The translations under genes and the position numbers were made by a program. Of a stretch of 64,000 nt of DNA, positions 47,156 to 59,100 are shown in pieces (position 1 is the first letter of the stretch; each line of letters opens with the position of its first letter). The stretch lies in sequence record OL956808.1, one strand, 5' to 3'. A model generated the notes under the pieces. That model was not told the origin of the DNA, ran no database searches, and worked only from the letters and a program-made list of their open reading frames with translations. The stretch comes from Escherichia phage vB_EcoM-S1P5QW.

Positions 47156-47791
47156 ATGTCTAAAGTAACTTACATCATCAAAGCTTCTAACGATGTTCTG
47201 AATGAAAAAACTGCTGTGATTTTAATTACCATTGCTAAGAAAGATTTCATTACAGCTGCAGAAGTTCGTGAGGTGCATCCAGATTTAGGTAATGCAGTAG
47301 TTAATAGTAATATTGGGGTATTGATTAAAAAAGGCCTGGTGGAGAAATCTGGTGATGGATTAATCATTACTGGTGAAGCTCAGGATATTATTTCAAACGC
47401 GGCAACTTTATACGCACAGGAAAATGCTCCGGAACTACTGAAAAAACGAGCAACTCGTAAAGCTCGCGAGATTACTTCTGATATGGAAGAAGATAAAGAT
47501 TTCATGTTAAAACTTTTAGATGAAAATGGATTTGTTCTTAAAAAAGTTGAAACTTATCGTAGTAACTATCTCGCTATTTTAGAAAAACGCACTCACGGAA
47601 TTCGTAATTTTGAAATTAACAACAATGGAAACATGCGAATTTTTGGATACAAAATGATGGAACATCATATTCAGAAATTTACTGACATCGGTATGTCATG
47701 CAAAATCGCTAAAAATGGTAATGTGTATCTTGACATTAAACGCTCGGCAGAAAACATTGAAGCTGTAATCACTGTAGCATCTGAACTGTGA
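47156..47791 (+). CDS. motA: Middle-transcription activator MotA
   Basis: 211 aa; matches recalled T4 MotA. Confidence 0.95.
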   Translation: MSKVTYIIKASNDVLNEKTAVILITIAKKDFITAAEVREVHPDLGNAVVNSNIGVLIKKGLVEKSGDGLIITGEAQDIISNAATLYAQENAPELLKKRATRKAREITSDMEEDKDFMLKLLDENGFVLKKVETYRSNYLAILEKRTHGIRNFEINNNGNMRIFGYKMMEHHIQKFTDIGMSCKIAKNGNVYLDIKRSAENIEAVITVASEL

Positions 47792-47801
47792 GGAATAAAT
47801 A

Positions 47802-48131
47802 ATGAACAAGTTAGAAATTGTTAATGAACTTCGTCGTTGCGCAGAACCTACTCAAGAGGGGTGGGACATCTGGTATCATGGAGCTTATCTTGGAACTATC
47901 GTAAAGATTAAGACTGGTAAATACATGATTATTCGTGAAAGTAAAGATGCTCCAGTAGGTATTCGCAATAATTTTATGGCAGCGATAAGTTCATTTACGG
48001 ATGCAGCTTACGAAATTTACCTTGCTGATTATAAAGAATTCCAGGAATCTCAACCAGTTATTCGCTCAATTGGTGTTAACAAAGCTCAACAGAAAACTTT
48101 GTGGCAACGTATTAAAGGATGGTTTAAATGA
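47802..48131 (+). CDS. Hypothetical protein (109 aa)
   Basis: ORF downstream of motA. Confidence 0.6.
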   Translation: MNKLEIVNELRRCAEPTQEGWDIWYHGAYLGTIVKIKTGKYMIIRESKDAPVGIRNNFMAAISSFTDAAYEIYLADYKEFQESQPVIRSIGVNKAQQKTLWQRIKGWFK

Positions 48132-48589
48132 ATCCATTTATTAATCGTTTAAAAATGCTGAATGTTCCTTTATATCGTGAGACTCCAGAAAGTCTTGTTG
48201 AAAAATTTAAAGCACACGGTTATAAATGCACAGAAGAAGATATTCTTGCAGAAGTTCCGGAAATCTGTTGGCAGTCTGCATACTGGGATGAAAACCAAAA
48301 GTACCAACGACGAATTGTCTGTGCAGCCAACCGTTTTAAATTAAAAGATGGACGAATTCTTGTTATTCCGGGTGCTCGTCATTATTCTAAAGATATGGCA
48401 GCAGTTTTAGATGTAGTTAAACCTCAATTAGTTACTCAACAAGTTTGTGATGATGACCAAGGGTTTATTGACCAATATAGTAATTATTGGACACGTGAAG
48501 AAGCAATGATTATTGCAACTTACGCTGGACAAGTACGTATTGAACGCGGTGGTAGTGAAAAAGAACTTTACTCTGAGGACCTTTACTAA
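48128..48589 (+). CDS. Hypothetical protein (153 aa)
   Basis: ATGA-coupled ORF. Confidence 0.6.
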   Translation: MNPFINRLKMLNVPLYRETPESLVEKFKAHGYKCTEEDILAEVPEICWQSAYWDENQKYQRRIVCAANRFKLKDGRILVIPGARHYSKDMAAVLDVVKPQLVTQQVCDDDQGFIDQYSNYWTREEAMIIATYAGQVRIERGGSEKELYSEDLY

Positions 48590-48885
48590 TGAATATTAAA
48601 AAGTTTCAAATTGATGGAATTATGAATCAAATCCAGGCATTGGAATATGCCAATAAAATGATGTCAACCAAATGGGGAATTTATGCCAATGAACCGGCAT
48701 TTCAGTTCTGTAATATGGAATTCACTAAAAAGCTCGTAGGAAAAGATTATGTATGTCCATTTAGTTCCCCAATAAATGGAATGCTAAAGCCTGCTTTACG
48801 CGATCTTTATATTGCGATGAACGAAGAGATGATAAAAGAACTAAAACGTCAACTGAAGGTGATTCAATTTGGCCAGGGAAATTAA
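48589..48885 (+). CDS. Hypothetical protein (98 aa)
   Basis: ORF. Confidence 0.6.
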   Translation: MNIKKFQIDGIMNQIQALEYANKMMSTKWGIYANEPAFQFCNMEFTKKLVGKDYVCPFSSPINGMLKPALRDLYIAMNEEMIKELKRQLKVIQFGQGN

Positions 48886-49087
48886 TTCAAAATCTGATTA
48901 TTTTAATTCTCTCAATGATAAAGATAAAAATCTAATACGGCATTTTATTGTTGAGATGGGATATACCGATACACGTGATTTAAGAGAACATATATTTGAA
49001 TGTGGTGTAGCTAAAAAGTTTTCATTCACATGCAAATGTTTGAGAGAGGTAATTCAGCACTATGAACAATTTAGTCGCAAAACATAA
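48869..49087 (+). CDS. Hypothetical protein (72 aa)
   Basis: ORF. Confidence 0.5.
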   Translation: MAREINSKSDYFNSLNDKDKNLIRHFIVEMGYTDTRDLREHIFECGVAKKFSFTCKCLREVIQHYEQFSRKT

Positions 49088-49170
49088 TTTTAATAAAGCT
49101 TCTGTTCATAAGGATAAGAAGAAAGCGTTTAAAGAATCTAATCGCAAACAGAAACATAAGGGGAAGGTCT

Positions 49171-49449
49171 ATGATTATTGATTCTCAATCCGTGGTTCAA
49201 TACACAATCAAAATTGATATTCTAGAAAAGCTATATAAGTTTCTACCAAATTTATACCATTCAATTGTCAATGAATTAGTTGAAGAACTACATCTCGAGA
49301 ATAATGATTTCTTGGTTGGAACTTATAAAGACCTCTCAAAAGTAGGATATTTTTACGTAATTCCAGCTCCAGGAAAAAGTATTGATGATGTATTAAAAAC
49401 TATAATGATTTACGTCCATGATTACGAAATTGAAGATTATTTCGAATGA
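49171..49449 (+). CDS. arn: Arn-like anti-restriction protein (acidic DNA mimic) (probable)
   Basis: 92 aa acidic protein one gene upstream of asiA, as in T4. Confidence 0.7.
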   Translation: MIIDSQSVVQYTIKIDILEKLYKFLPNLYHSIVNELVEELHLENNDFLVGTYKDLSKVGYFYVIPAPGKSIDDVLKTIMIYVHDYEIEDYFE

Positions 49450-49598
49450 GTCATAATCTTGAAAAGGTAATCGAGCACAATGTAGCTCAGGAACGTAAGT
49501 CGTTCAAGGAATTCGTAGAAAAAATTTTTGAAGAAAATAACACAGACCAGTTTACAAATCAAGCGTCTGATGATATTATAATAAAGTCAACTAATTGA
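49446..49598 (+). CDS. Hypothetical protein (50 aa), not in ORF track
   Basis: ATGA overlap with arn stop. Confidence 0.45.
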   Translation: MSHNLEKVIEHNVAQERKSFKEFVEKIFEENNTDQFTNQASDDIIIKSTN

Positions 49599-49610
49599 GT
49601 GGTATAGTTA

Positions 49611-49883
49611 ATGAATAAAAACATTGATACAGTTCGTGAAATTATTACTGTTGCGTCTATTTTGATTAAATTTTCCAGAGAAGATATTGTTGAGAATCGT
49701 GCTAATTTTATTGCATTTCTGAATGAGATTGGAGTAACGCATGAAGGTAGAAAATTAAATCAGAATTCATTCCGTAAAATTGTTTCTGAATTAACTCAAG
49801 AAGATAAGAAAACCCTCATCGACGAATTCAACGAGGGTTTTGAGGGTGTATATCGATATCTAGAGATGTATACGAACAAATAA
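49611..49883 (+). CDS. asiA: Anti-sigma-70 protein AsiA
   Basis: 90 aa; matches recalled T4 AsiA. Confidence 0.95.
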   Translation: MNKNIDTVREIITVASILIKFSREDIVENRANFIAFLNEIGVTHEGRKLNQNSFRKIVSELTQEDKKTLIDEFNEGFEGVYRYLEMYTNK

Positions 49884-50540
49884 TTATTTAGCCCTTCCTA
49901 ATATTCTGGCCGCCTGAGCACATATTGATTCAAGGCGGTCATTACTTATATGATCATTTCTATACCAGTACATGGTTATCGTTCCAGCATAGATATTATC
50001 CAAATTAAAATATGGACAACTGTACATGTAGTTTATTTCGGGAGTAGGCTTTTTAGTTGGTAAAAAAGCAAATTTTGAGTCAGAATAATAATGACGTCCA
50101 TTTAAATGAACTGTATATTCATCCATAGTTTTATCAACAGGATATCCTCCAAGTGATTTTTCAGTTATTGTTGAAGGTAATCTTCCTTCGTATGCTATAA
50201 TATCAACAAAATAGTTTAAGTTTTTAGGGCGGAAAGAATACACCGCACTAAAGTCTGCCTCAGATGATATATGAACTATCTGGAGTTGTTCCAGGGCGAC
50301 AGATTCAAAGCGTGCATTTCTTTCCTTTTCAATAATTTCACTGTATGTTTCATACTTTGATTGCTTATAGTACTCAAAGAAACTATCTCCCCTATACCAA
50401 ACAATCGCCATCATAAATAAAAGAATTACGACAGCTACCCGGGAAGCAAGAACTTTCCCGGTAGCGTTATCTTTGAACAAGCGATCTAGAACACCAAATA
50501 GAATATCAGAGGGCGAAAATGATATTCTAGGTGCTGCCAT
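49884..50540 (-). CDS. t: Holin T
   Basis: 218 aa; N-terminal TM then large periplasmic domain; matches recalled T4 holin. Confidence 0.95.
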   Translation of the reverse strand: MAAPRISFSPSDILFGVLDRLFKDNATGKVLASRVAVVILLFMMAIVWYRGDSFFEYYKQSKYETYSEIIEKERNARFESVALEQLQIVHISSEADFSAVYSFRPKNLNYFVDIIAYEGRLPSTITEKSLGGYPVDKTMDEYTVHLNGRHYYSDSKFAFLPTKKPTPEINYMYSCPYFNLDNIYAGTITMYWYRNDHISNDRLESICAQAARILGRAK

Positions 50541-50557
50541 AGACCCTCCTTTTAAGA

Positions 50558-50565
50558 TATTTATA
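50558..50565 (-). promoter_or_regulatory. Late promoter TATAAATA for gene t
   Basis: Exact TATAAATA on - strand 18 nt upstream of t ATG, overlapping gene 38 stop. Confidence 0.5.
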
Positions 50566-51112
50566 CGTAATGCTTGAATAAACGCTTATACCAAGGCTTC
50601 TGTTCTTTTTCAGGCCATTTAGGAAATTCACCACCTAAATGCTCATGCTTTTCTAAAAGAGCAAAGAACCGCTTAAGGTTTTTATAATAGAATTTTTCCT
50701 TTTTATTCGCGACAGAAGCTTCAATCATATTATTTAAAACTTGGAATTCTTTGTATAATTCTTCAATTTTTCTATTGCGAATTAAAACGCGTTTATATGT
50801 TTCGTCTTCTTTCCAACCATCATCAGTCCATATATCAAATTCGCCGGGTTCATCAAAAGTTATACCAACCGGGCTTCCTATGTCAGTTATTAAGATTTCT
50901 TCTTTATTAAAAGTCCAAGCCCGTTTACCGCGATGGTCTTCTTCATAAATCCAATCCTGAATACGTTCATCAAATACAACTGCGTATCCTTCTTTAGGTT
51001 CTAAAGGTTTTTTAATTGTTGAATGAGCAGGAAGACCGAGACCTTTAACAGGTTTGTAATTTTCTTCTTTGTAAAATTCTTTAGTGTCAAAATAATAATG
51101 ATAGATTTTCAT
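50561..51112 (-). CDS. 38: Tail fibre assembly chaperone gp38 (T4 type)
   Basis: 183 aa; matches recalled T4 gp38. Confidence 0.9.
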   Translation of the reverse strand: MKIYHYYFDTKEFYKEENYKPVKGLGLPAHSTIKKPLEPKEGYAVVFDERIQDWIYEEDHRGKRAWTFNKEEILITDIGSPVGITFDEPGEFDIWTDDGWKEDETYKRVLIRNRKIEELYKEFQVLNNMIEASVANKKEKFYYKNLKRFFALLEKHEHLGGEFPKWPEKEQKPWYKRLFKHYV

Positions 51113-51120
51113 ATTTAGAA

Positions 51121-51134
51121 GGGGCCGAAGCCCC
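51121..51134 (-). other. GGGGC-UUCG-GCCCC hairpin between gene 37 stop and gene 38 start
   Basis: Tetraloop hairpin on transcribed (-) strand 8 nt upstream of gene 38 ATG. Confidence 0.5.
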
Positions 51135-51139
51135 TCTCC

Positions 51140-54100
51140 TTATGCTAAACGAACAATATAGTTAAAAGCAATGTTTTTAACCGTGTTTTCTGTATTACCT
51201 GTACTATTTACAGTGATAGTATGACCATGCGAGCCAATTGCTACCGTGTGGGTATGAGCACCGATACCTACAGTATGGGTATGAGCACCAATACCAACAG
51301 TATGCGCGTGAGCGCCTGCGCTTGCAGCAGTACCAGATATAGAGTGCGAATGTGCCCCAGAAGAAGAAGTTCCAAGCGTATTACCACCACCGGCGGATCC
51401 TCTTATAGAACCAGTACCAGGAGAGTTGTTACTTCCCGCATAAAGAGCGCTTGTGTGGCTGTGCGCACCGGCGGTGTTTGTGGAACCGCTCAAACTATGC
51501 GTATGAGCACCAGTATTATTACTGGTCTTAGTACCATAATCAAAGCTTGAAGTCGTTTTGCTACCGTAATCAAAACTAGAAGTGGTCTTAGTACCCAAAT
51601 CTGTGCTTGATGCACTTGCACTATGGCTATGTGACTTAACACCGTCTGCTTCTGTACTTAATACAGCGCGCCCAGATGGTTTACCCTTGATAGTTTGACC
51701 ACGCATATCAGGCAGAGCGCCAGAAGGATACACCGCAGCTAACTTAGGATACAAGCCAGTATCAAATGTTTGGCCTTCCATTATGGCATAACCTTCAGGA
51801 GGTGTATCAGTAGGCCAAGGAATCGGAGCACCAATTGGATAACTCGATACAATATCGGTTTTAAGTGATTCAATTGTACTATTTAAGTTGGCAAAATTAC
51901 CAGAACCACCAGTAATGTTACCGTCTGTACCTAAATAAACTGAACCCCCAGCAGAAATGCGCTTAGGAGATATAAAATCACCAGAACGTGTAAATTCCCA
52001 GCCTAAATCTTTTATAACTGCGCCTGTTGAACTTCCGTCTCCACCTTCATGATAATGAACTCTAAAGTTACCACCATTAATTAAAGTGCCTAACGAATAA
52101 CAGCTGTTACCTTGAACATAACGTTGTTTTAAAATAGGAACGTAAGTACTTGTATCTGTGCGATTAATATTCATATAGAACGGAGCACGAACGTTTTCAT
52201 TATTTTGTGAAGCAAAAGACCCTGCACCAGCCGGACGTACTGTATCAGTGCATTCAGCATCAATATAAGCTGCTTGTCCTAATTGCATACGGTAATTAGG
52301 AGAAATGCGGCTATGACTAGTAACAACAACAAGTTTACTGTCATTGTCCACAGTAATCATATTACCGCCAGCGCCATCATCGCCTAACGTAACAGAATGG
52401 CGCATTTTTACCATACCATTATTAAGACTAATACTTAGCGGGCGGAGATTACTTATTCCACCACTTTCACCGGCATCTTTAGGAGTCGGGATAATATGTA
52501 ATGCTGTTTCTGAGCGACGGAAAATAGCACCGTATTCGGCATTCCAAATTCTTAATGCATCTGCCGTTCCACCGAATTTAGCCTGACCATTTACAGATAA
52601 TCCATTATTTGCAACTAAACTTGATTCAGTAACAATAGAACCAGATGATGTAATACCACCAGAAGTTAATAAACCACCATTAACTCGAAATTGAATAGGT
52701 CCGACGGTAGAACCTGATCCGGGAGCAACTCGTTGAGAATAAAAATGGTAACCTTGTCCATCTGATACTTCAAAAACTGTTTCACGAGCACGATCGCCAG
52801 ATGCATTAAAGGCATTACCCCATGCTTTGATAGATAGATAACTTTTATTCTGACCTGGGCGAGTACCGCCGGCCCACAATATAGTTTTAGTGCCATCTGT
52901 TGCTGTAGGAGCGTCAAGTTGAATACCGTCGGGTCTAGCACCAGTAAGAACTAATCCGTTATCAAATTTAATTCTTTGTATTGAAGATACTGTTCCGTCG
53001 GCATAAAACTGTACGTTATTAGAGCCAGTTACCAATTTCAAAATACCCGGATTAACTTCCATACCTTCCTGAGTATTAATATTAGTTTTGCCTTTACCAC
53101 GGAAATAGTGGTTCATTTTTCCGCCTGAGTTATAGCCAATATGCGTCTGGCCGTCTCCAGCAGTGTTTTCATCAGCCTGTGTTTGAACTGATAAAAAGGC
53201 AGCGTTCGTTCCAGGCATTGTCCAGGTTCCGCCTTGGTCTTCTGAACGTCCAAATAACGCTTTACGAGTACTACGGAAACTATCAGGAGTAATAGAAGCA
53301 ACAGAATTCCAATTACCTACTAAATCATAAACACCCTGCTTAATGTATTTTAAACCAGTGGCAGCATCGCCCAAAGCAATATATCTTTCTCCCATTGGAG
53401 TAGGAGAACCATAGTTGTTAGTATTTTCGTCAGTGGTAATTGTGCCAATAGCAAGTGAACGACGTAATACCATTGCGCCATCATTACGAAGACCCATTAA
53501 TTTAGTAGTAAGTGTATTTCCGGTCCACCAAGAAATTTCATCATTTTTACCGGTTTGAGCTGAAGCGATTTCATGGTAAATGGTTCCGCCTGATTTAGCT
53601 CGAACTTTACGAAGATAGTTTATACCATTTTCTTCACCTGTTCCAGGATAAACATATTGAACTAATGATTGCGAATCGTATTGTCCAAATGCTTTTGTAT
53701 CTAAAATAATATTTTTAGTATTAATCTGAGGCGAAGTAATATTTCCGAGAGCTGCAATATTTCCAGATGTAGTTATACTACCTCCTGATACTGCTAAACC
53801 TCCACCGTCAACAACAAATCCGCCGTCACGTCGAAACGTCCAATATTTCGAATCGCCAGATTCATTGATATAATGAATCTTCAACGAACCTTCAGAAACT
53901 AAAGTACCTAATGAAAAAGTTCCATCTTTAAAGCGCTGTTTAATTATAGGATTATATTCAGATGTGGAAGTAGCTGAGCTTAAATCTACAAAAATTGGAG
54001 CTTTTGCAGTGTGTTGACCAGACCAAGCCCCACTTCCAGTAGTACGATAATTAAACTCAATATATCCACCGCTTGCTACAATTTGCGGACCAATTAAATT

Positions 54101-54322
54101 AAATTTTCCAGTCTGTGTATAATCGCCAGTTTGAGTGATATTTCCACTAATATTACCGCCAGCGGTAATGCTTAAATCAATAATATTTCCCGAGTCATCT
54201 TTAGTAAAAAGAGTACGGTCTTTTAAGTTTATAGCCAATTCACCTTCGGCTAATACTGAAGCAGCAGGACGTTGACCTGCGGTTTTGCTTCTTTTAAATT
54301 GTATTTGTTTTAAAGTAGCCAT
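51140..54322 (-). CDS. 37: Long tail fibre distal subunit gp37
   Basis: 1060 aa; C-terminal His-box repeats ([15 protein letters not shown] x2) and ...[11 protein letters not shown] end; synteny 34-35-36-37-38. Confidence 0.9.
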   Translation of the reverse strand: MATLKQIQFKRSKTAGQRPAASVLAEGELAINLKDRTLFTKDDSGNIIDLSITAGGNISGNITQTGDYTQTGKFNLIGPQIVASGGYIEFNYRTTGSGAWSGQHTAKAPIFVDLSSATSTSEYNPIIKQRFKDGTFSLGTLVSEGSLKIHYINESGDSKYWTFRRDGGFVVDGGGLAVSGGSITTSGNIAALGNITSPQINTKNIILDTKAFGQYDSQSLVQYVYPGTGEENGINYLRKVRAKSGGTIYHEIASAQTGKNDEISWWTGNTLTTKLMGLRNDGAMVLRRSLAIGTITTDENTNNYGSPTPMGERYIALGDAATGLKYIKQGVYDLVGNWNSVASITPDSFRSTRKALFGRSEDQGGTWTMPGTNAAFLSVQTQADENTAGDGQTHIGYNSGGKMNHYFRGKGKTNINTQEGMEVNPGILKLVTGSNNVQFYADGTVSSIQRIKFDNGLVLTGARPDGIQLDAPTATDGTKTILWAGGTRPGQNKSYLSIKAWGNAFNASGDRARETVFEVSDGQGYHFYSQRVAPGSGSTVGPIQFRVNGGLLTSGGITSSGSIVTESSLVANNGLSVNGQAKFGGTADALRIWNAEYGAIFRRSETALHIIPTPKDAGESGGISNLRPLSISLNNGMVKMRHSVTLGDDGAGGNMITVDNDSKLVVVTSHSRISPNYRMQLGQAAYIDAECTDTVRPAGAGSFASQNNENVRAPFYMNINRTDTSTYVPILKQRYVQGNSCYSLGTLINGGNFRVHYHEGGDGSSTGAVIKDLGWEFTRSGDFISPKRISAGGSVYLGTDGNITGGSGNFANLNSTIESLKTDIVSSYPIGAPIPWPTDTPPEGYAIMEGQTFDTGLYPKLAAVYPSGALPDMRGQTIKGKPSGRAVLSTEADGVKSHSHSASASSTDLGTKTTSSFDYGSKTTSSFDYGTKTSNNTGAHTHSLSGSTNTAGAHSHTSALYAGSNNSPGTGSIRGSAGGGNTLGTSSSGAHSHSISGTAASAGAHAHTVGIGAHTHTVGIGAHTHTVAIGSHGHTITVNSTGNTENTVKNIAFNYIVRLA

Positions 54323-54330
54323 AAGTCCTC

Positions 54331-54993
54331 TTAATAATAGCCGAAATCTTGAACAGAATCCTTAATTACGATTTGGTCAAATCGTGGAACATGTGAAGGT
54401 TGAGATGCAGGATTCTGCGAGAAAAAGTTTGGCGCTGTTAAATTACCTGTCATGGTGTCACCAGATCGTAGCACCCTAGAGTTCGCATTTGCTGTAACAG
54501 TATTTATTGCTCCATCAACATAGTCCTTTCTAGTAAGGTCATTCGCTGCTATAGGAGCAACTGCATTACTTCTTATTTGACCTACTGCTGTCATAACGCC
54601 TTTTGTACTAATATCACCATTACGTGCATTAATTACAACAGTTCGGTCTGCTGAACCTTGTGATGATTTAAAACCAATACCATTCCACGAAACGATGTCA
54701 ATATTTGCCATAGCAAAAGTAGCTGCATCACCGTTACCTGGATAAACACCGCACTGTTGACTACTACCTATAGTAGGAACATGTACTCCTCCATTAAATC
54801 GAACAGTCGCGGCGTAAGTACCACCATTAGCTTTAGAAACGAAATCGTTATCAGCAGCTTGTGGTTTATTATATTCTGAATATATTTTAAATGATTTATA
54901 GAGTACATCGTCACCGGCTGGATTCAATGGAAAATTTCCTTGATGCCAAATGACAGAGCCTCCGGTTGTTGAACCTACTTTTAAATCAGCCAT
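54331..54993 (-). CDS. 36: Long tail fibre hinge connector gp36
   Basis: 220 aa; position between 35 and 37. Confidence 0.9.
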   Translation of the reverse strand: MADLKVGSTTGGSVIWHQGNFPLNPAGDDVLYKSFKIYSEYNKPQAADNDFVSKANGGTYAATVRFNGGVHVPTIGSSQQCGVYPGNGDAATFAMANIDIVSWNGIGFKSSQGSADRTVVINARNGDISTKGVMTAVGQIRSNAVAPIAANDLTRKDYVDGAINTVTANANSRVLRSGDTMTGNLTAPNFFSQNPASQPSHVPRFDQIVIKDSVQDFGYY

Positions 54994-55016
54994 TGTATGC
55001 CCCTTTATTTTAATAG

Positions 55017-55024
55017 TATTTATA
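55017..55024 (-). promoter_or_regulatory. Late promoter TATAAATA for gene 36
   Basis: Exact TATAAATA on - strand about 24 nt upstream of gene 36 ATG. Confidence 0.55.
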
Positions 55025-55032
55025 AAGAAAAA

Positions 55033-55050
55033 GGGAACCCGAAGGCTCCC
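55033..55050 (-). terminator. GGGAGCC-UUCG-GGUUCCC hairpin after gene 35
   Basis: Hairpin on - strand between gene 35 stop and gene 36 late promoter. Confidence 0.45.
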
Positions 55051-55055
55051 TCAAT

Positions 55056-56171
55056 TTAAACTTCTCTAAATTCTTGCCCAAACACTTTACCAGTTTTAGA
55101 CGATGCTTGTGTAGGAAGTACCATTATATCCGGAGGTGAAGCAGATTCACAGATATAATTAACACGAATGCCATTTACGCCAAATTCAGCAGGTTTTGAA
55201 ATACCGCCGTTTCTTGATACTTCAGAAAAGCTTAAATTTCGCATACCGCCTTGTCCCGCTTGAGCAGTTCTCTGTGCATATATCGTAAATCCTACTGCAT
55301 TTTCTGGAACAACTACATAATCTTCCTTTAATTCCCATGACCCAGCTTGCCCAGTAAATTCAGCTTGCGTCGAGGAAATATATCCATTAGATGCATTATA
55401 AAAACGGATAGATATATTTGTAGTTCCAAGCGCAAGTAAATCAGCATCGGCATATAACTGGGCTTTAAGATAAAGAACGTCACCAGGAATTAAATTATAA
55501 TCAGAGAGTTTACTTATAGCAGCTGAAGTTGGTAATCTTGCAATTTCGTTATTAGTTCCACCAACCGCTGACATAAATTGCTCAACGCTTTCATACGTTC
55601 TTCTTGGAAACCCGGTAGCTCCGACGTCTTCTAAACTGTCAAATACAACATCTAAAATAGTTTGATAATCATCTGTGCTTTTTCTATTACTCAGTTTAAC
55701 ATGCTCTAATGCAATAGCTCTTTTAGAAGAAGTATAAAAGGCAGCATATGATACGTCGAATCTTGACAATACAGAATCAGATGGAAAAGCAGACGTTCCG
55801 GCGGTTCTTAACCAAGATACTACTTCAGGAGGAAAATTAACCTTTCCGTTAGTTAATATAGCAACAAGTCTGTTATTCGTCAAAGAATTCATGAAACTAA
55901 CAAAAGCAGCTGATGTAGTATCATTTGAAGTAGAAAAAGCATATGACTTACTATCAACTAATGCTCCGGTGGAAGGGTCAAAAACTCTTAGATGAAGTCC
56001 TGCGCTAAATGTTTGATTTCCGACAGGATTATCTTGAAATTTAACATATGGTCCTGCAGTAGAAAGCGGGCAAGAACCCGCTATACTTATTTTGTATCTT
56101 ACTGAATTACTTTCCGATAAAAATGGCGTTTGGACATATCCTTGTCCAAACTCTGCCATAAATTTTTCCAT
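55056..56171 (-). CDS. 35: Long tail fibre hinge gp35
   Basis: 371 aa; synteny. Confidence 0.9.
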   Translation of the reverse strand: MEKFMAEFGQGYVQTPFLSESNSVRYKISIAGSCPLSTAGPYVKFQDNPVGNQTFSAGLHLRVFDPSTGALVDSKSYAFSTSNDTTSAAFVSFMNSLTNNRLVAILTNGKVNFPPEVVSWLRTAGTSAFPSDSVLSRFDVSYAAFYTSSKRAIALEHVKLSNRKSTDDYQTILDVVFDSLEDVGATGFPRRTYESVEQFMSAVGGTNNEIARLPTSAAISKLSDYNLIPGDVLYLKAQLYADADLLALGTTNISIRFYNASNGYISSTQAEFTGQAGSWELKEDYVVVPENAVGFTIYAQRTAQAGQGGMRNLSFSEVSRNGGISKPAEFGVNGIRVNYICESASPPDIMVLPTQASSKTGKVFGQEFREV

Positions 56172-56179
56172 AATACCTC

Positions 56180-59100
56180 TTATTCAATCCATTCAAATTT
56201 AACAGATTTATTTACTGGGTCAGGAATAATGCGAACATTACCAATTCGTAAGAAATCGCGAATAGTAAGATTCCCCATTGTAGCATTATCAGATGGTAAA
56301 GCACCGATATCAGACGGCTGAGGAGGGTTACCTCCATCAAATACCTGAACAAAACTCGACCAAGAGTTTTTGGTTTTCTGCCATGTACGGGTCCAGCGAG
56401 TGGTACGTGCTTCTGGAGTCGTTGGATAAGTAATCCAATCTTGGTAAAGCGAATCAAGTGTGTTACCAAACTGAGTCAATGTACCAGGAGATTTAACTTC
56501 TTCACCGCGTTCTAAGTATGGAAGTCCAGTCACTTCATTAGTTTTTTCAACCATTTTAAAATAACCTGGGAACTGGTTATAAGTGGCTGAATCGTTAATA
56601 TCGATTGACCAGAATCCGACTGTATCAGCAGTAGGAGCACGAGTGTATAAATCGGCAGTTTTAGAACCCTGAGAACGAATTCTCGAGTTAACAGTTAAAC
56701 CGCCTGAATTTATAGTAGCACCTTTGGCAATGATTAAGCTTTCACCAATCGTTACTTGGCCAGATGCATTATTAATAGCCAAAGGACGTAATCCATTAAA
56801 TCCACCGGTCTGATCACCGGATGCAGTAAGCATAAAATAGGTATTAGCAGCATCATTACGAATAAAGAATCCATAATCACCGCTAATTGCTCTGAAAGCA
56901 TTTGCAGACTTGCTAATGAATTCACCATTGGCTGTAACTGAACGACCAAATGTTGCAACGCCATTAACATTCATCAAACCGGAAGCATTAATGTTTATTG
57001 GCATTACAGTACCATTAATGCTAAACGCTATATTCCCAGCTTTATTGCGTTGAGAATAAAAATGATTAGACGTTTCATCACCAACTTCAAATACAGTAGA
57101 ACGTGTTGTATCTGATCCGCCACCAAACTGATTTCCCCATACTCTGATAGTCATCGTCTGTGCTGGGTTAGTTCCAGTTTGAGGTCCTTTTTCAAAAATC
57201 AGACGAGTTGCTGTTCCAGTATTAGAAATAGTTAATGTACTATTTGCCGAAACTGAACCACCAAACGTAGCAGTACTAGATGATACAAGAGGGGCACTCA
57301 GATTCGTTTGTTGGGTTAAGGTTAGTGAACCATTAACTGTCTGTGCAATATCCCTACGAATGAACTGAGATGAATCTAGACCATCTAATAAATTTGCGTC
57401 AGCAGCTTTTGCTTTTAATGGCAAATAGTTAGCAAGTACACGGTTTAATTCATATGGTGATACCGCATAGCTATTTTTCTCGTATAATTCTAACGACTGT
57501 GTAGAACCGACTGTATCATTACCAACGAATGTAATAGAACCGGATGAAGTTTTAACAAAACCTCTTATTGCAGTAGTAGCAGCCCATGTCGGTTCATTCT
57601 GGACAATCCATTTTAAATTCTTAGGAGATACAGCAGTATTAGCAGAAGTTCCTGTTACAGTTTCAGATTGAGTAGCAACCTTAATTACACCTTCAGACGT
57701 TTCAGTGGACTTAGTCCCTAAAAGCTTTTTAGGAGTTATTAAAACATTATCCAATTTTCCAGCAGCGGCTTCAACTTGTGTAGCCACACGAAGTGTACCA
57801 CGCTGTGTCTCATTTGCTTCAAGAATATTAAGGGTATAATGGTCCCAGAGAGTTCCTGATTCAACTAATCCAGATAGAGCAACAACAGAAGTACGATCAG
57901 TACTATTAAATCTAGTTTTAATTTTTAATGGTGTAGAGATACGAGTATCGTCGACGCCTGCGTCGAATTCAACTTGTGTAGCAATTTCAGCTATACCACT
58001 TAAACTTTCAGTTGCTTTACGGTCATTTAAAGTTTTAGGAGTGACTGCACGAGTATAATCAGTTCCTGTATTAACTTCACTTTGCGTAGCAATTTCAATT
58101 AAACCAATTCTTGCATCAGTTGATGTCTTTTTATGTAACGTTTCTGGCGTTACAACCGCATTTGCCCATCCTTCCTGACTTTGTCCAGCAATTACTTCAC
58201 TTTCAACTGCTAAAATTACTGCACCTTGCTGTGTTGGAGTAGCTTTATACTGATCCAAAGCTTTAGGTGAAACAACTAAGTTATTAGTGTTTTTATTATA
58301 AACATTCGTACCATTTAATTCACGGCTAGAAGCTGGAGTAGCACCTGCAGTAGATACAAAAGTTACAATACCAGATAATGATTCAGAACCTTGACGAGCT
58401 TGAAGCTTTTTAGGAGTAATGATTGTAGTATCATCAGTACCTGTATTAGTTTCTTGCTGCGTAGCAATTTCTGCGACACCTCTGCGAGTTTCTGTAGCAG
58501 TTCTTTCATTCAGCTTTTTAGGAGTGATGATAATATCATCAGCAAAAGAGAATGTGGTGTTCTGATTCACTTGAGCAGTAGTTGCTATTCTTGCAATACC
58601 TCTACGAGTTTCAGTAGCAGTACGGTTAGCTAATGTTTCTGGAGTAATTGCTAATTCTTTTTGTGGAGAATTTTCTAAATCGACATTAGCTTGAGCTTGT
58701 GTAGCTAAAGCAATTACGCCTAATCTTGCTCTAGTAGAATCATTTAAAGAGTCTACTCTTTCTACGGTTGGAACGTTTTGCTGTACAACCCAATATTTTC
58801 CATCAGAATCTTCTATGTAAGCAAGTTGCAAAACTGGAACATAATTAGTTTCACCGTTAAAAACTAATTCTTGGACTGTAACCCATTCAGCTTCAGGCGG
58901 ATATTCTGAGCGTTTTGGGAATTGCAGTAATTGAACTGAAGAAGCAATTTTATCTTCACCGGCAGCTTTGATTTTAACTGTTTGTCCTTTTCTCATGTAA
59001 TTCATGGAAATTTTAACAGTATCACCAACAGAAATATTAGTTGGAAGCTGAAGCTCAATTGTTTGGGTTGTTCCGTTATTTGCACCAAATACCATAACTT

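Noticed and set aside
51221-52586. + strand ORFs (51221..51550, 52344..52586) antisense to gene 37, with Arg/Ser/Thr-rich translations
   Set aside because: Antisense reading of the repeated tail-fibre coding sequence; composition artefact of the His-box/Gly-Ser repeats, no start context.
56130-58633. + strand ORFs (56130..56321, 58391..58633) and small - strand ORFs (56212..56469, 56752..56970) inside gene 34
   Set aside because: Embedded in or antisense to the 1289-aa gp34 ORF; no independent support.
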